Below, piece by piece: positions 37,704-48,532 of a stretch of 64,000 nt of DNA. The notes under the pieces are model-generated. The model saw only the letters and a program-made list of their open reading frames with translations, did no database searches and was not told where the DNA came from. This DNA comes from an uncultured delta proteobacterium (GTDB lineage: Bacteria; Desulfobacterota; Syntrophia; Syntrophales; UBA2185): contig CAVSPA010000005.1 in the NCBI GenBank assembly GCA_963729715.1, positions 416,001 to 480,000 of the forward strand, read 5' to 3'. The position numbers and the translations under genes were made by a program. The first letter of the stretch is position 1. The number at the start of each line of letters is the position of its first letter.

Positions 37704-40700
37704 GTGAGAAAAATTATTAATAAAGAAAAAAAATTGGACGGCCCTCCCTTTACAGCCCTGTTTGACGGGATAAGGGAGAGAGAGAAAGAACTGACTGTCA
37801 GCGGCCTTCGGGGTTCAGCAAGATCCTTCCTCCTTTCGTTAATCTCCAAACATACTGACAGGACGCTGATCGTAATCGCCCCCACGGAGAGGGAAGCCAG
37901 GGACATCCACCAGGATATTTCCTTTTTTCTCGATAGCGAAAATAGCGTCTTCCTGTATCCTTCGTGGGATTTTTTTTCCACAGACATGCTGGCTTTTCAA
38001 CAGGATGTGGAATTGTCCCGCATGGAGATCCTCTGCAGATTCATCATGGGAAGGCAGGGCGTAGTCGTAGTACCGCTCAAGGCCCTGATGCAAAAAATCA
38101 TGCCCCGAAAAATCCTCGAGGCCTATATCGAAACAATTTCCATCGGGGACACGATAGACAGGGATAATCTCGTGCAGAAATTATCACAGGGGGGCTACAA
38201 GAGGGTAACACTTGTGGATGAAAAGGGCCAGTTCAGCTTGCGGGGCCATGTCATAGATATCTTTCCTCCGACGGCTCTCCGGCCGGTCAGGATGGAGTTC
38301 ATCGGGGATGAACTGGAATCAATCAGGGAGTATGACCCCACGGCCCAGCGGTCCACCGGTGAATTGGTAGATTTTACGCTGACCCCCGCGAGAGAAGTGA
38401 TCCTCTCCGATGAGAGAAGACAGCAGGCCATAGAAAATATCAAGTACAGGTCTCTTGAATTGGAGCTTCCCCGGATGGTGAAGACCAATCTTGTCGGGAT
38501 GCTGGAAAATGGTCTTATCTCTTCCGTGAATCCCATGTACCTGCCTCTGTTCTACGAATCTTTGGAAAAGGCAGCAGGGAAGAGCGTTCCCGATCCTACG
38601 GCAGAAGCAGGAAGACAATATCTCTCGGGCGCACCCGGGACATTATTTGATTTCCTACCTGAGAGCTCCATTCTTGTTTTTGACGATTTACCCGCAATTG
38701 AAAAGGCACGGGAGGACATTGAAAACGCAATCGACCGCTTCTTGCTTAAGGCCCGCGGCGGGGAGAAATTTTATTTAGAAAAGGGTGCTTTTTATCTCAC
38801 GGAAGCGGCTGTTCTTGTGCAATCGGATAATTTTCAAAAAGTATTTCTCGAAGGTCTGCATATTATGGATTCGCGTCATGATGAAAAGGGCGCCGCTTCT
38901 TCAAATATAGAAATTCATGCAGACACAGATTGGCGGCCGCCTCCCGCGTCACCGAGACCGCACGAGGGAGACGGATTGCTTAAGCCTCTCGCGGAGAAGA
39001 TAACGGAGTGGCTTCATGAAGGGTATCTGGTGCAATTCTTAGGAACGGGCCAGGAAGAGGTGGAACGCTTGGATCATCTCTTCGAACAGTACAGCCTGCC
39101 CGTGACCAGGTCAAAGGCGTCTTTCGCATCCGACGTCGAAACGCACACAGGGAACGGACTTCTCGTCATCAGAGAAGGCAAACTGACGGGAGGATTCCGT
39201 CTTCCCGATCTGAAACTCATTGTCATTACGGAAGAGGAAATATTCGGCAAGAAGATACCGCGAAGGCGGGCGCGACATGTTAGGGAAGGGTACTTCCTGA
39301 AGTCATTCGGCGATCTGAAAGAGGGGGATTATGCAGTCCACACGGACCACGGCATCGGAGTGTACCGGGGGCTTCAGAAGCTCGTTGTCAGTGAAATAGA
39401 GAACGACTTCCTCCTTCTTGAATATCTGGATTGCGACAAACTCTACATACCGATAGACCGGCTCGATCAAATCCAGAGGTACATCGGTCCCGAAGGCGCC
39501 ACACCAAGAATCGACAAGCTTGGCGGCTCTTCTTGGGAAGCGGTAAAAGAAAAGGTCAAAAAGTCTGTCCGCGAGGTCGCGGAAGAACTGGTTTCCATAT
39601 ATGCCGCGAGGGAAGTAATGGACGGCCATGCCTTTTCCGCCCCTGACAGGATTTACGATGAATTCTGTTCCACTTTTGAATATGAGGAAACACCCGATCA
39701 GTCGAGATCCATTGAGGACGTCCTTCTTGACATGGGCCATGAAAAGCCCATGGACAGGCTGGTTTGTGGCGACGCGGGATTCGGAAAGACCGAGGTTGCC
39801 CTGAGGGCGTCATTCCGTGCGGCCATGGAAGGAAAACAGGTAGCCATCCTGGTCCCTACGACGATACTCGCGGAACAGCACTTCCAGACATTTTCCCGGA
39901 GATTGAAAGACTATCCCGTCCGCGTGGAAGTCCTGAATCGTTTGAAGACGAAGAAGGAGCAGCAGGAAATCGTGCAGGGAGTAAACAAGGGTATCGTGGA
40001 TATCGTCATCGGGACCCATCGTCTGTTGCAGAAAGATATCGTGTTTAAGGATCTGGGACTGGTGATTATAGATGAGGAACAGCGTTTTGGCGTAACCCAT
40101 AAAGAGAAGCTCAAGAAGCTCAGAACCCTTGTAGACGTCCTTACCCTGACCGCGACGCCCATACCGAGGACTTTGCATCTTTCACTCGTCGGCATCCGCG
40201 ATTTGTCCATCATCAATACGGCTCCGGAAGACAGGCTTCCCATAAAGACCTCTGTATTTGAATTCAGCGAGGACATAATAAGAGACGCCATCTGGCAGGA
40301 AATCAACAGAAACGGCCAGGTCTTTTTTCTCCATGACAGGGTGCAATCCATATACACTATGGCCAGGCTGGTTGAAAAACTTGTTCCGGAAGTGAGGATC
40401 GGCGTTGTACACGGGCGAATGAAGGGCGCCGATATTGAGGATACGATGGCAAGATTCGTCCGGGGAGACTATAATTGCCTGGTCTGCACGTCCATAATAG
40501 CATCCGGCGTAGATATTCCCACGGCAAATACGATAATCATCAACCGAGCCGACCGGTTCGGACTCGCGCAACTGTATCAGATCAGGGGAAGGGTCGGGCG
40601 GTCCAAAGAAGAGGCTTATGCCTGCCTCCTCGTGCCCAAGGGGGCAATGTTATCGCGGGACACTCAGAGGCGGCTTCGTGTTATAATGGACTTTACCGAA

Positions 40701-41309
40701 CCCGGTTCCGGCTTCCGCCTTGCCTCCAATGACCTGGAAATAAGAGGGGCCGGAAATATTCTCGGGACATCCCAATCAGGACAGATTGCGGCCGTAGGGT
40801 ATGAATTGTATACGGAATTAATGGAGCGGACCATCAGGGAAATCAAGGGAGAAGAAAGACCCGTCGAAGAGGCGAAACCGGAAATACATTTAGGGTTGCC
40901 CGCATTCATACCCGAGGACTACATGCCCGACGTCCACCGCAGGCTTGTCACTTACAAGAGATTATCCATGGCTTCGACAGATGAAGACATAGAAAAGATC
41001 AGAGAGGAGATTGTCGACTGCTATGGGTTTGTACCGCCTGAGTTGGAAAATCTTTTCGAGGCTATAGGCATCAGGAATCTCCTGGCAGTTGTCAAAGGGA
41101 AGAAGATGATATACGATGGGAGAACCATGCAGATCGAATTTAGTCTGGAAAGCCCCGTGAATCCTGTGCGTATCGTCGACCTCGCGCGGAAGAAAATGGA
41201 AGGGATGAAGTTGACGCCTGATTTAAAACTCAGCGTCTTCATGCCGGATCTCAGGGCGAGCGATGTTACAAGACAGACAAAGGAACTGCTGAAGCTGCTG
41301 GTCAATTGA
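37704..41309 (+). CDS. mfd: Transcription-repair coupling factor
   Basis: CarD/TRCF RID (VHTDHGIG), GDAGFGKT, DEEQRFG, TATPIPRT, QIRGRVGR, TRCF C-terminus. Confidence 0.97.
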   Translation: MRKIINKEKKLDGPPFTALFDGIREREKELTVSGLRGSARSFLLSLISKHTDRTLIVIAPTEREARDIHQDISFFLDSENSVFLYPSWDFFSTDMLAFQQDVELSRMEILCRFIMGRQGVVVVPLKALMQKIMPRKILEAYIETISIGDTIDRDNLVQKLSQGGYKRVTLVDEKGQFSLRGHVIDIFPPTALRPVRMEFIGDELESIREYDPTAQRSTGELVDFTLTPAREVILSDERRQQAIENIKYRSLELELPRMVKTNLVGMLENGLISSVNPMYLPLFYESLEKAAGKSVPDPTAEAGRQYLSGAPGTLFDFLPESSILVFDDLPAIEKAREDIENAIDRFLLKARGGEKFYLEKGAFYLTEAAVLVQSDNFQKVFLEGLHIMDSRHDEKGAASSNIEIHADTDWRPPPASPRPHEGDGLLKPLAEKITEWLHEGYLVQFLGTGQEEVERLDHLFEQYSLPVTRSKASFASDVETHTGNGLLVIREGKLTGGFRLPDLKLIVITEEEIFGKKIPRRRARHVREGYFLKSFGDLKEGDYAVHTDHGIGVYRGLQKLVVSEIENDFLLLEYLDCDKLYIPIDRLDQIQRYIGPEGATPRIDKLGGSSWEAVKEKVKKSVREVAEELVSIYAAREVMDGHAFSAPDRIYDEFCSTFEYEETPDQSRSIEDVLLDMGHEKPMDRLVCGDAGFGKTEVALRASFRAAMEGKQVAILVPTTILAEQHFQTFSRRLKDYPVRVEVLNRLKTKKEQQEIVQGVNKGIVDIVIGTHRLLQKDIVFKDLGLVIIDEEQRFGVTHKEKLKKLRTLVDVLTLTATPIPRTLHLSLVGIRDLSIINTAPEDRLPIKTSVFEFSEDIIRDAIWQEINRNGQVFFLHDRVQSIYTMARLVEKLVPEVRIGVVHGRMKGADIEDTMARFVRGDYNCLVCTSIIASGVDIPTANTIIINRADRFGLAQLYQIRGRVGRSKEEAYACLLVPKGAMLSRDTQRRLRVIMDFTEPGSGFRLASNDLEIRGAGNILGTSQSGQIAAVGYELYTELMERTIREIKGEERPVEEAKPEIHLGLPAFIPEDYMPDVHRRLVTYKRLSMASTDEDIEKIREEIVDCYGFVPPELENLFEAIGIRNLLAVVKGKKMIYDGRTMQIEFSLESPVNPVRIVDLARKKMEGMKLTPDLKLSVFMPDLRASDVTRQTKELLKLLVN

Positions 41310-42364
41310 TGAATCTCTTATTGAAAATTATATTCGCCGGAAATGGCGTCTTTGCACTGCTTCCCTTCACCACACTTACGGGGGGCGGCAGGCATTACGC
41401 ACCTACGATCGGCAGAATCATGCTTTGCCTTCTTGCGGCCGTTCTGATCTGCACCGCATGCGGTTGCGGGGAAACTGGTACGTCAAGACCACTCGCAACT
41501 GTGAACGGCATGACTATCACGGTTGCCGAGTTTAATGAGAGATTTGTCAGAGATGTGAATTCATTACTGGACAAATCATCCCTGACCCCGGACGACTATG
41601 ACCGCCTCAAAGAGGAGGTTCTGAATATTTTAATTGATGAAAAGGTCATGCTGTTCCGTGCCAAGGAGTTATCCATATCCGTCAGCGATGCTGAATTGGC
41701 AAAGAAGATTGAAGATATTAAAGAAAGCTATTCGTTAGAAGGCGGTTTTGACAAGTCCCTGGCAACGCGAGAAGTCGATTATGGCCAATGGAAGGAGGAA
41801 CTGAGAAAACGAACAACCCTCGAAAAGCTGATTTCCGCGGAGGTGAATGCGACGATTCAAGTGAAAGAAGATGAGAGAAAGGCATATCGGAGAAAGCACA
41901 AGGGTGTGTATGCTGCGGAAAAAAGAGTGCACGTGGCCCAGATAGTTGTAAGGGAGCGGGAGAAAGCAGATGCCATCCTGAAAAGGTTGATGAAAGGCGA
42001 GGATTTTGCTAAGGTTGCCCGGGAAGAATCCATTGGTCCCGAGGCGAGGACAGGCGGTGACCTTGGTTTTGTAAGTCAGGGCTTCATGCCGGAAGAAATC
42101 GATGCCGCTATCTTCTCGCAGCGACCTGGAGAAATTGGTCCGGTCGTAAGGAGTCCCTTTGGATATCACATTTTTAAGATCATAGAAAGGGACAAGAAAG
42201 GGAGGGACGTTATCAAAGGCCAGGTCCTGAACGATCTGAGGAAGCAGAAAGAGGACGAGGAGTATGCGCTGTGGCTGGGCGCCCTAAGGTCCAAGGCGGA
42301 AATAAAAATCAACAGGGACCTTCTGAAAGAAGAACCGGTTCCCCCGATTAATAAAGCAGAATGA
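41306..42364 (+). CDS. SurA/PrsA-like parvulin peptidyl-prolyl isomerase
   Basis: LATVNG..IT, HVAQIVV, GEDFAKVA.EES, GGDLG, SPFGYHI; true start may be downstream. Confidence 0.88.
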   Translation: MMNLLLKIIFAGNGVFALLPFTTLTGGGRHYAPTIGRIMLCLLAAVLICTACGCGETGTSRPLATVNGMTITVAEFNERFVRDVNSLLDKSSLTPDDYDRLKEEVLNILIDEKVMLFRAKELSISVSDAELAKKIEDIKESYSLEGGFDKSLATREVDYGQWKEELRKRTTLEKLISAEVNATIQVKEDERKAYRRKHKGVYAAEKRVHVAQIVVREREKADAILKRLMKGEDFAKVAREESIGPEARTGGDLGFVSQGFMPEEIDAAIFSQRPGEIGPVVRSPFGYHIFKIIERDKKGRDVIKGQVLNDLRKQKEDEEYALWLGALRSKAEIKINRDLLKEEPVPPINKAE

Positions 42365-42370
42365 CGAGGT

Positions 42371-43354
42371 ATGACAGTGAAAATATCGGCTACATGGAAA
42401 TATATTATCATCGCGGCAGGGCTATTCATATCTGTTCCCGCCATGGCGGAAATTATGGAAAGAATCGTTGCTGTTGTAAATGGCGACGTTATAACCTTGT
42501 CAGAACTTAATTCCGCTTTTGAACCTTTCCAGAAAAGGATAGAGGAAGGATATAAGGGTCCGGACAAGGAGAAGGTCATAGCAGAAAACAGACTGGCAAT
42601 GTTGAACAAGATGATCGATAACATCATTATTGATCAGGAGGCGAAGAAATCGCAAATGATAATCAAGGACGAGGAAGTCACCGACACCATCAACGACTTC
42701 CTTTCCCGGAGAAAGATGAAGATGGAGGACCTGATAAATGAGCTTGCGAAAGAGAACTCCTCCCTCGAGGCGCACAGGAAAGAAGTCAAAGCACACCTTC
42801 TCCGCATGAGACTGCTCAGGCGTGAAATAAAATCTAAGGTTGCAGTCACTGAAGACGAGATAGGTGAATATTACCGCAATAACCGTGATGCCTATGAGGG
42901 CAAAGAAGCCGTACGGATCAAGCAGATCCTGATCTTATTTCCCAAAGGCGCCGATGCAAAAACCAAGACCAAGCTCCGGGAAGAAATGGATGCAATCCAT
43001 AAGCGCCTGCTGAACGGGGAGCAATTTGACCTGGTTGCTGCACAATATTTCCAGGGATCATCTGCCGTTACCGCCAGCGATCTCGGCTTTCTTGAAAAGG
43101 GATCAATGCTTCCTGCTGTAGAAGGTGTTGCTTTTGGCTTGAAAAAGGATGAGGTCAGCAAGGTCATTGAATCCCCCATAGGTTTACACATAATCCAGGC
43201 GGTGGACAGAAGAGGCGCGGGAATAAAGCCCATTGAATCCGTCCGCGAAGAAATCAAGGCAAAGCTTGAAGAGGAAAAGATCGACAAGAAGTATGACGAC
43301 TGGATTAAAGAGCTGAAAAGAAAGTCCCTCATTGAAATAAAGCTGCAGGGATAA
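42371..43354 (+). CDS. SurA-family periplasmic chaperone/PPIase
   Basis: Signal peptide; RIVAVVNGDVITLSEL, DLGF, SPIGLHII. Confidence 0.9.
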   Translation: MTVKISATWKYIIIAAGLFISVPAMAEIMERIVAVVNGDVITLSELNSAFEPFQKRIEEGYKGPDKEKVIAENRLAMLNKMIDNIIIDQEAKKSQMIIKDEEVTDTINDFLSRRKMKMEDLINELAKENSSLEAHRKEVKAHLLRMRLLRREIKSKVAVTEDEIGEYYRNNRDAYEGKEAVRIKQILILFPKGADAKTKTKLREEMDAIHKRLLNGEQFDLVAAQYFQGSSAVTASDLGFLEKGSMLPAVEGVAFGLKKDEVSKVIESPIGLHIIQAVDRRGAGIKPIESVREEIKAKLEEEKIDKKYDDWIKELKRKSLIEIKLQG

Positions 43355-43381
43355 CGTTCTCATAAGAGAGAGCCCAGGCCG

Positions 43382-43478
43382 GTCATTGCGCGGCGCGGCG
43401 GCAATCTTTTTGCAGCGAAAAGCGCCCCAAGACGATTCGCTGGTTTTGTCCTGAACAGAGATGAACGGCGCCAATGAC
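43382..43478. repeat. Decayed palindromic intergenic element (GTCATTG...CAATGAC ends)
   Basis: gtcattgcg...gcaatct at left and caatgac at right; same GTCATT end type as 27449 and 29226. Confidence 0.45.
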
Positions 43479-43525
43479 TGGAAGAGGCAGGTTTTTTAAC
43501 CTTTGAAGAGTTAATGAAGGAATGA

Positions 43526-46336
43526 ATGAGCCACATAAGAATAAAAGGAGCTTCACAGCACAATCTTAAAAATATAAACATCGATATCCCTCGCGATAAG
43601 CTGGTTATTATAACCGGGGTCAGCGGATCAGGTAAATCATCACTTGCATTCGACACCATCTATGCGGAAGGACAGAGACGCTACGTGGAATCCCTGTCCA
43701 CCTACGCTAGGCAATTTATCGGTCAGATGGACAAACCTGATGTCGAATCTATCGAGGGATTGTCTCCCGCCATAGCCATTGAGCAGAGGACAGCAAGCCA
43801 TAATCCCCGTTCGACCGTAGGGACAGTCACCGAGATATACGACTATCTCCGCCTGCTTTACGCCAGGATAGGGGTTCCGCACTGCTATAAATGCGAAAAA
43901 GAGATTAGATCCCAGACTATCGACATGATGCTTGATAGCATACTGGCCTTTCCTGAAAAGACCAAGATCAGTATCCTTGCCCCGGTCGCCAGAGGTAAAA
44001 AGGGGGAATTTCAAAAAGAATTAAAGAAGCTGCAGAAAGATGGGTTTGTCCGAGTGCGCATCGACGGGGAACTCCGCGAACTCGGCGATGACATTTCGCT
44101 CGACAAAAATAAGCGCCACAACATCGATGTCGTAGTTGACAGGCTATTCGTCAAGGAAGGGATCAGAAGGCGCCTCAGAGATTCCCTCGAGATTGCCGCC
44201 CGCCTTTCTGATGGGCTCGTTCGCGTCGATGTTCCGGGAAGCGACGATATTCTTTTCAGCGAGAAGTATGCTTGCCCCGAATGCGGCATCAGCATGCCGG
44301 AGCTGGCGCCCCGGAATTTTTCCTTCAACAGCCCCTATGGCGCATGTCCAGATTGCGACGGACTCGGCACCAGAATGTATTTCGATGAGAACCTGGTAGT
44401 TCCCGATCGGGAACTCTCCGTGCGGGAGGGCGCAATCGCTCCCTGGTCAGGCCGGAGTTCGGTTTACCATTACCAAATGCTGGATGCCCTGTCGCAGCAC
44501 TATGGTTTCGATTTGAATACACCCTTCACGCAACTGCCGAAGGAGATCCAGACTGTTCTTCTGTATGGCTCGGGGAAGGAGGTAATCAGGTTCTATCTTG
44601 ACAGGGATGGCAGGCGCTTTTTTTACAGCAGGCCTTTTGAGGGGATACTTAAGCAGCTTGACCGGCGCTATAAGGAAACCAACTCCAACACCGTAAGGAT
44701 GGACCTCTCGCGCTATATCAACTTACAGGAATGTCCGACCTGCCATGGCTCACGTTTGAAGAAAGAGAGCATGGCTGTCACCGTGGAAGGCAAGAATATC
44801 TATGATCTGTGCAGGCTCTGCATAAAAGACTGCCTAGCTTTTTTCGAAAAGCTGTCTCTGTCAAGCCAGGAGGCCCTCATCTCCGAAAGGATTCTCAAAG
44901 AAATTAAAGAGAGGCTGAAATTCTTAGCCGATGTGGGCATTGACTACCTCAGCCTCGAACGTTCGTCCGGCAGTCTTTCCGGCGGCGAGGGCCAGCGCAT
45001 CAGGCTGGCCACCCAAATCGGTTCGGGACTTGTCGGCGTTCTTTATGTTCTTGATGAACCGACGATAGGTCTTCACCAGAGGGATAATGCAAGACTCATT
45101 TCCACTCTTAAACGACTGAGGGATATGGGTAATACGGTTTTGGTTGTGGAGCATGACCCGGCCATGATGATGTCTTCCGATTATATTCTCGACATGGGGC
45201 CCGGCGCCGGTTCCGAAGGCGGCGACGTTGTCTTCCATGGTACGCCGGAGGAGATATATCAATCCGATAAATCTTTGACAGGGCTGTATCTCTCGGGGAA
45301 ACTTGCCATCCCTGTTCCTGAAAAGAGAAGATCCATGCCCGACAGGTTTATTGTCCTGGAGGGGGCACGTGAGCATAACCTCAAAAATATAGATATCAGG
45401 ATTCCCGTAGGACTCTTTACAGCCGTAACGGGTGTCTCCGGTTCCGGGAAAAGCACCATGGTCATTGAGACATTATACAAGGCCATGGCCAGGAGACTCG
45501 ATAATTATCAGGGCGGCATGGGAAAGATCAAGAGGATCGCGGACCTCGGGGGAATTGAAAGGGTCATCATCATGAACCAGCAGCCTATAGGACGCACCCC
45601 CCGTTCCAATCCCGTGACGTATACAGGAATCTTTTCTCATATCCGAGATCTTTTCACAGGCCTTCCCGAATCCAGGATCAGGGGCTATAAGCCGGGCCGT
45701 TTCAGTTTCAATGTCAAGGGAGGCCGATGCGAGGCCTGCGAGGGAAACGGCCTTATCAAGATCGAAATGCATTTTCTCCCTGATGTCTATGTGACGTGCG
45801 ATGTCTGTCGCGGAAAAAGATTTAATCGCGACACACTGGAAATCAAATACAAAGACAAAAACATTGCCGATGTCCTCGACATGTCCGTAAATCAGGCCCT
45901 TGCATTTTTCGATAATATTCCGGCCGTACGGTCCAAACTCCAACTCCTTTTCGATGTCGGTCTTAGCTACATCAGATTAGGTCAGTCGGCGACGACCCTC
46001 TCCGGAGGAGAGGCCCAGCGCATCAAATTATCGAGGGAGCTGGGGAAGCGCATGAACAGCAACACCCTCTATATCCTCGATGAGCCGACTATCGGTCTTC
46101 ATTCCGCAGATATTCAGAAACTTCTCGATGTCCTCGTAAGGCTGGTAGACATGGGCAACACGGTCCTGGTCATAGAACATAATCTTGATGTAATTAAGTG
46201 TGCCGATCATGTCATTGATCTCGGACCCGAAGGCGGACCCGGCGGAGGCCGAATCGTCTCTTCCGGCACACCCGAGGAGGTGGCCAGTGCGGAAGAATCT
46301 TTTACCGGTCAGTTCCTGAAAAAAGTTTTGCATTAA
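43526..46336 (+). CDS. uvrA: Excinuclease ABC subunit A
   Basis: Two GVSGSGKS P-loops, LSGGE signatures, Zn fingers. Confidence 0.98.
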   Translation: MSHIRIKGASQHNLKNINIDIPRDKLVIITGVSGSGKSSLAFDTIYAEGQRRYVESLSTYARQFIGQMDKPDVESIEGLSPAIAIEQRTASHNPRSTVGTVTEIYDYLRLLYARIGVPHCYKCEKEIRSQTIDMMLDSILAFPEKTKISILAPVARGKKGEFQKELKKLQKDGFVRVRIDGELRELGDDISLDKNKRHNIDVVVDRLFVKEGIRRRLRDSLEIAARLSDGLVRVDVPGSDDILFSEKYACPECGISMPELAPRNFSFNSPYGACPDCDGLGTRMYFDENLVVPDRELSVREGAIAPWSGRSSVYHYQMLDALSQHYGFDLNTPFTQLPKEIQTVLLYGSGKEVIRFYLDRDGRRFFYSRPFEGILKQLDRRYKETNSNTVRMDLSRYINLQECPTCHGSRLKKESMAVTVEGKNIYDLCRLCIKDCLAFFEKLSLSSQEALISERILKEIKERLKFLADVGIDYLSLERSSGSLSGGEGQRIRLATQIGSGLVGVLYVLDEPTIGLHQRDNARLISTLKRLRDMGNTVLVVEHDPAMMMSSDYILDMGPGAGSEGGDVVFHGTPEEIYQSDKSLTGLYLSGKLAIPVPEKRRSMPDRFIVLEGAREHNLKNIDIRIPVGLFTAVTGVSGSGKSTMVIETLYKAMARRLDNYQGGMGKIKRIADLGGIERVIIMNQQPIGRTPRSNPVTYTGIFSHIRDLFTGLPESRIRGYKPGRFSFNVKGGRCEACEGNGLIKIEMHFLPDVYVTCDVCRGKRFNRDTLEIKYKDKNIADVLDMSVNQALAFFDNIPAVRSKLQLLFDVGLSYIRLGQSATTLSGGEAQRIKLSRELGKRMNSNTLYILDEPTIGLHSADIQKLLDVLVRLVDMGNTVLVIEHNLDVIKCADHVIDLGPEGGPGGGRIVSSGTPEEVASAEESFTGQFLKKVLH

Positions 46337-46374
46337 CGTTCGCACAAATACTGCCCACATAGAACTTACCCGCC

Positions 46375-46668
46375 GTGATAAAATCATTTTTCAAAAGGTT
46401 CATTTCAAAAAACAGGGATATGATACTTGAGGAAGGCCGGCATATCTGGGGTTTCATGCGCCTCCTGATGAAACACAGAAACACCGGAATCGTTTGGACA
46501 TGGGAGGAAACTAATGCTCTTAAGTTATACGTAAAGCGGTTATCCCTGCACGTCCCGATCTTGATTATAATAGTCTTACCCTTCGGATTAGTTCTCCTTC
46601 CTATTCTTGCCGAAATCCTCGACAGGCGAAAAAAGCCGCAATCAATGAGAGCACCCGTCGTAACCTGA
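46375..46668 (+). CDS. Hypothetical small membrane-associated protein
   Basis: 97-aa ORF with LP.G..LLP motif directly after uvrA. Confidence 0.6.
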   Translation: MIKSFFKRFISKNRDMILEEGRHIWGFMRLLMKHRNTGIVWTWEETNALKLYVKRLSLHVPILIIIVLPFGLVLLPILAEILDRRKKPQSMRAPVVT

Positions 46669-46856
46669 CTTCCACAGGCGCTGTTGATGGAGTCGGTGTT
46701 TTCCGGATCGGCAAGGTTGTGCAGCATTTATCTTCTTTATGAGTCACTGCCGGCCCGCGTCAATTTTGTTGACGTCCTGCTTCAAATTTAATAGACTCCC
46801 ATTCAAGTTAGCGATTGCGCGCAACGTAAAAAACAATCACCGGATGCGGGGGGATT

Positions 46857-47168
46857 ATGAAAATCAGGGTAAGGGATGAGAAAATCACCAAGGCCATCAA
46901 AAACCTGGAGGGGATTGATATTGTTCTTAAGACCGTCGAAGATGCGAAGAAGGCCATGCTCCTCATCCTCCGCAAAACGGAAATATCCCGTACAAAAGAC
47001 TACGAAGGCTTAAGAGACATCGCCCTCAGCCTGATTGTCGAGCATACCACCAGCGCGGTGGAGTATCAGACTTATTACGAAGTCGAATTCATTCTCACCG
47101 ACGAACACTTCATCGATATGGAGATCGCCTTGATTAAGGAGCTCCAGGTCATGTTTGAAAAATTATAG
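46857..47168 (+). CDS. Hypothetical protein
   Basis: 103-aa ORF, GGGGA RBS, TTGACG-like promoter upstream. Confidence 0.7.
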   Translation: MKIRVRDEKITKAIKNLEGIDIVLKTVEDAKKAMLLILRKTEISRTKDYEGLRDIALSLIVEHTTSAVEYQTYYEVEFILTDEHFIDMEIALIKELQVMFEKL

Positions 47169-47291
47169 CCTCAAAAAAGCCAAGTGCCATTAATGAGGGA
47201 CGAAAGAGGATGAGCTTCGCCTCAGTGACATAACACATGTCCCCGATCCTAAAATGGTCACTCTTATGCCCAGGCCTTCTCCCTGCAGATG

Positions 47292-47699
47292 CTATTTAGG
47301 TGCTTGAAGCGCCGTTAACATGACAATAACCCGCCGCGACCGCGGACCGTCAAATTCACAGAAGAAGATAGACTGCCATGTACCCAGGACCAGCTCGCCG
47401 TTTTCTATAAATACCGTTTCTGAAGCCCCGAGAATAGAGGCCTTGATGTGGGCCGCAGAATTTCCTTCTACGTGTAGGTAGTGATCATTATGAGGTACAA
47501 TTTTCCCCAGCTCCCTCAGTATGTCCCGCGGCACATCAGGATCGGCATTTTCGTTTATAGTAACGGCTGCCGTGGTATGCGGAACGAAGACACGGCACAT
47601 GCCGCTTTTGATCCCGCTTTCCTTGAGGAGAATTCTGATGCGGTCGGTGATGTCGATCATCTCGGACCTGGCATTGGTTCGCACGGAAAACTGTTTCAT
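47292..47699 (-). CDS. yjbQ: YjbQ/UPF0047 family protein
   Basis: PHTTAAVTINENADPDV, H.EGNS.AHIKAS, LGTWQ.IFFCEFDGPR; real start MKQFSVRT at 47699. Confidence 0.92.
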   Translation of the reverse strand: MKQFSVRTNARSEMIDITDRIRILLKESGIKSGMCRVFVPHTTAAVTINENADPDVPRDILRELGKIVPHNDHYLHVEGNSAAHIKASILGASETVFIENGELVLGTWQSIFFCEFDGPRSRRVIVMLTALQAPK

Positions 47700-47755
47700 A
47701 ATTTCAGCCCATCTCTCAGTCTTTGAAGACGCTGTAAAAGGACTTACGCGATAAC

Positions 47756-47806
47756 TTGAACTCGGCAGCGAACGTATTCCCCGCAGCCTGCTGGGGAGAG
47801 CTTCAA
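47756..47806 (-). mobile_element. Palindromic miniature element, copy 3 (minimal, inverted)
   Basis: Reverse complement ttgaagctctccccagcaggctgcggggaatacgttcgctgccgagttcaa. Confidence 0.7.
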
Positions 47807-47826
47807 ATCCTCCAGTGCCCCGTCTT

Positions 47827-48503
47827 TTAAAGGGAGGACTTCTGAAAGGCCGCGAGCGCCTCTCTGACAAATTCCCTAACGAGCGCGGCATCTTTTCTCC
47901 CGTCGGGTCCTTCGACACTCGTATGCGCATCAACGCCGGCAAACCGCACATGGGCTATGGCTTTGCGGACATTCTCCGGATTGAGGCCGCCGGCCAGCAT
48001 GACCGGTCTGGGAGAAATATCAACAAGCGGGGACTGATATCCCAGTCATGGGTCTTGCCGGTTGCGCCGCACGCGCCGGTTGCCGGATCGTATGTATCTG
48101 TTATAAATGCGTCGCAATGAGGACTAAACGCGGCAACGGATGATTTTAGCTCCGTAAGATTATTATCTTCCACGATAAGACTCTTGATAATAGTGAGATA
48201 GGGGGCGAACGATTTGAGTCTCACAATCTCCGCCAAAGATATGACGCCATGAAGCTGCACCTTGCGGACTCCGATTCTTTTGCAAAGGTCAAGAATTTCT
48301 TCCGCCATGTTCAAATAGGTAATCAGTACGGCAAATGCAGGCGGCTTCAAGAGGCGGATGATTTTGGCCGCATCCTGTGCGGAGATGTCCTCCCTATGAA
48401 CTGTAAGTCCAATCGGGAATCCGATCTGCTGGACACCTGCCTCCACAAGCATCATGGCTTCCGCTCTATCGACAACACCGGCTATCTGAACGATTCCTTG
48501 CAT
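47827..48503 (-). pseudogene. trpF: Phosphoribosylanthranilate isomerase-like gene with a frameshift near 48027-48032
   Basis: N-part VQLHG...DT...GATGKTHDW; after the shift a second frame gives [24 protein letters not shown]...[16 protein letters not shown]...* (stop 47827). Confidence 0.8.
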
Positions 48504-48532
48504 GGAAATGTCTGCCAGTAGGATGCAGCAGC

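Noticed and set aside
47700..47951. N-terminal extension of the yjbQ ORF (219-aa call)
   Set aside because: It runs through the trpF tail and repeat elements; family similarity begins at 47699
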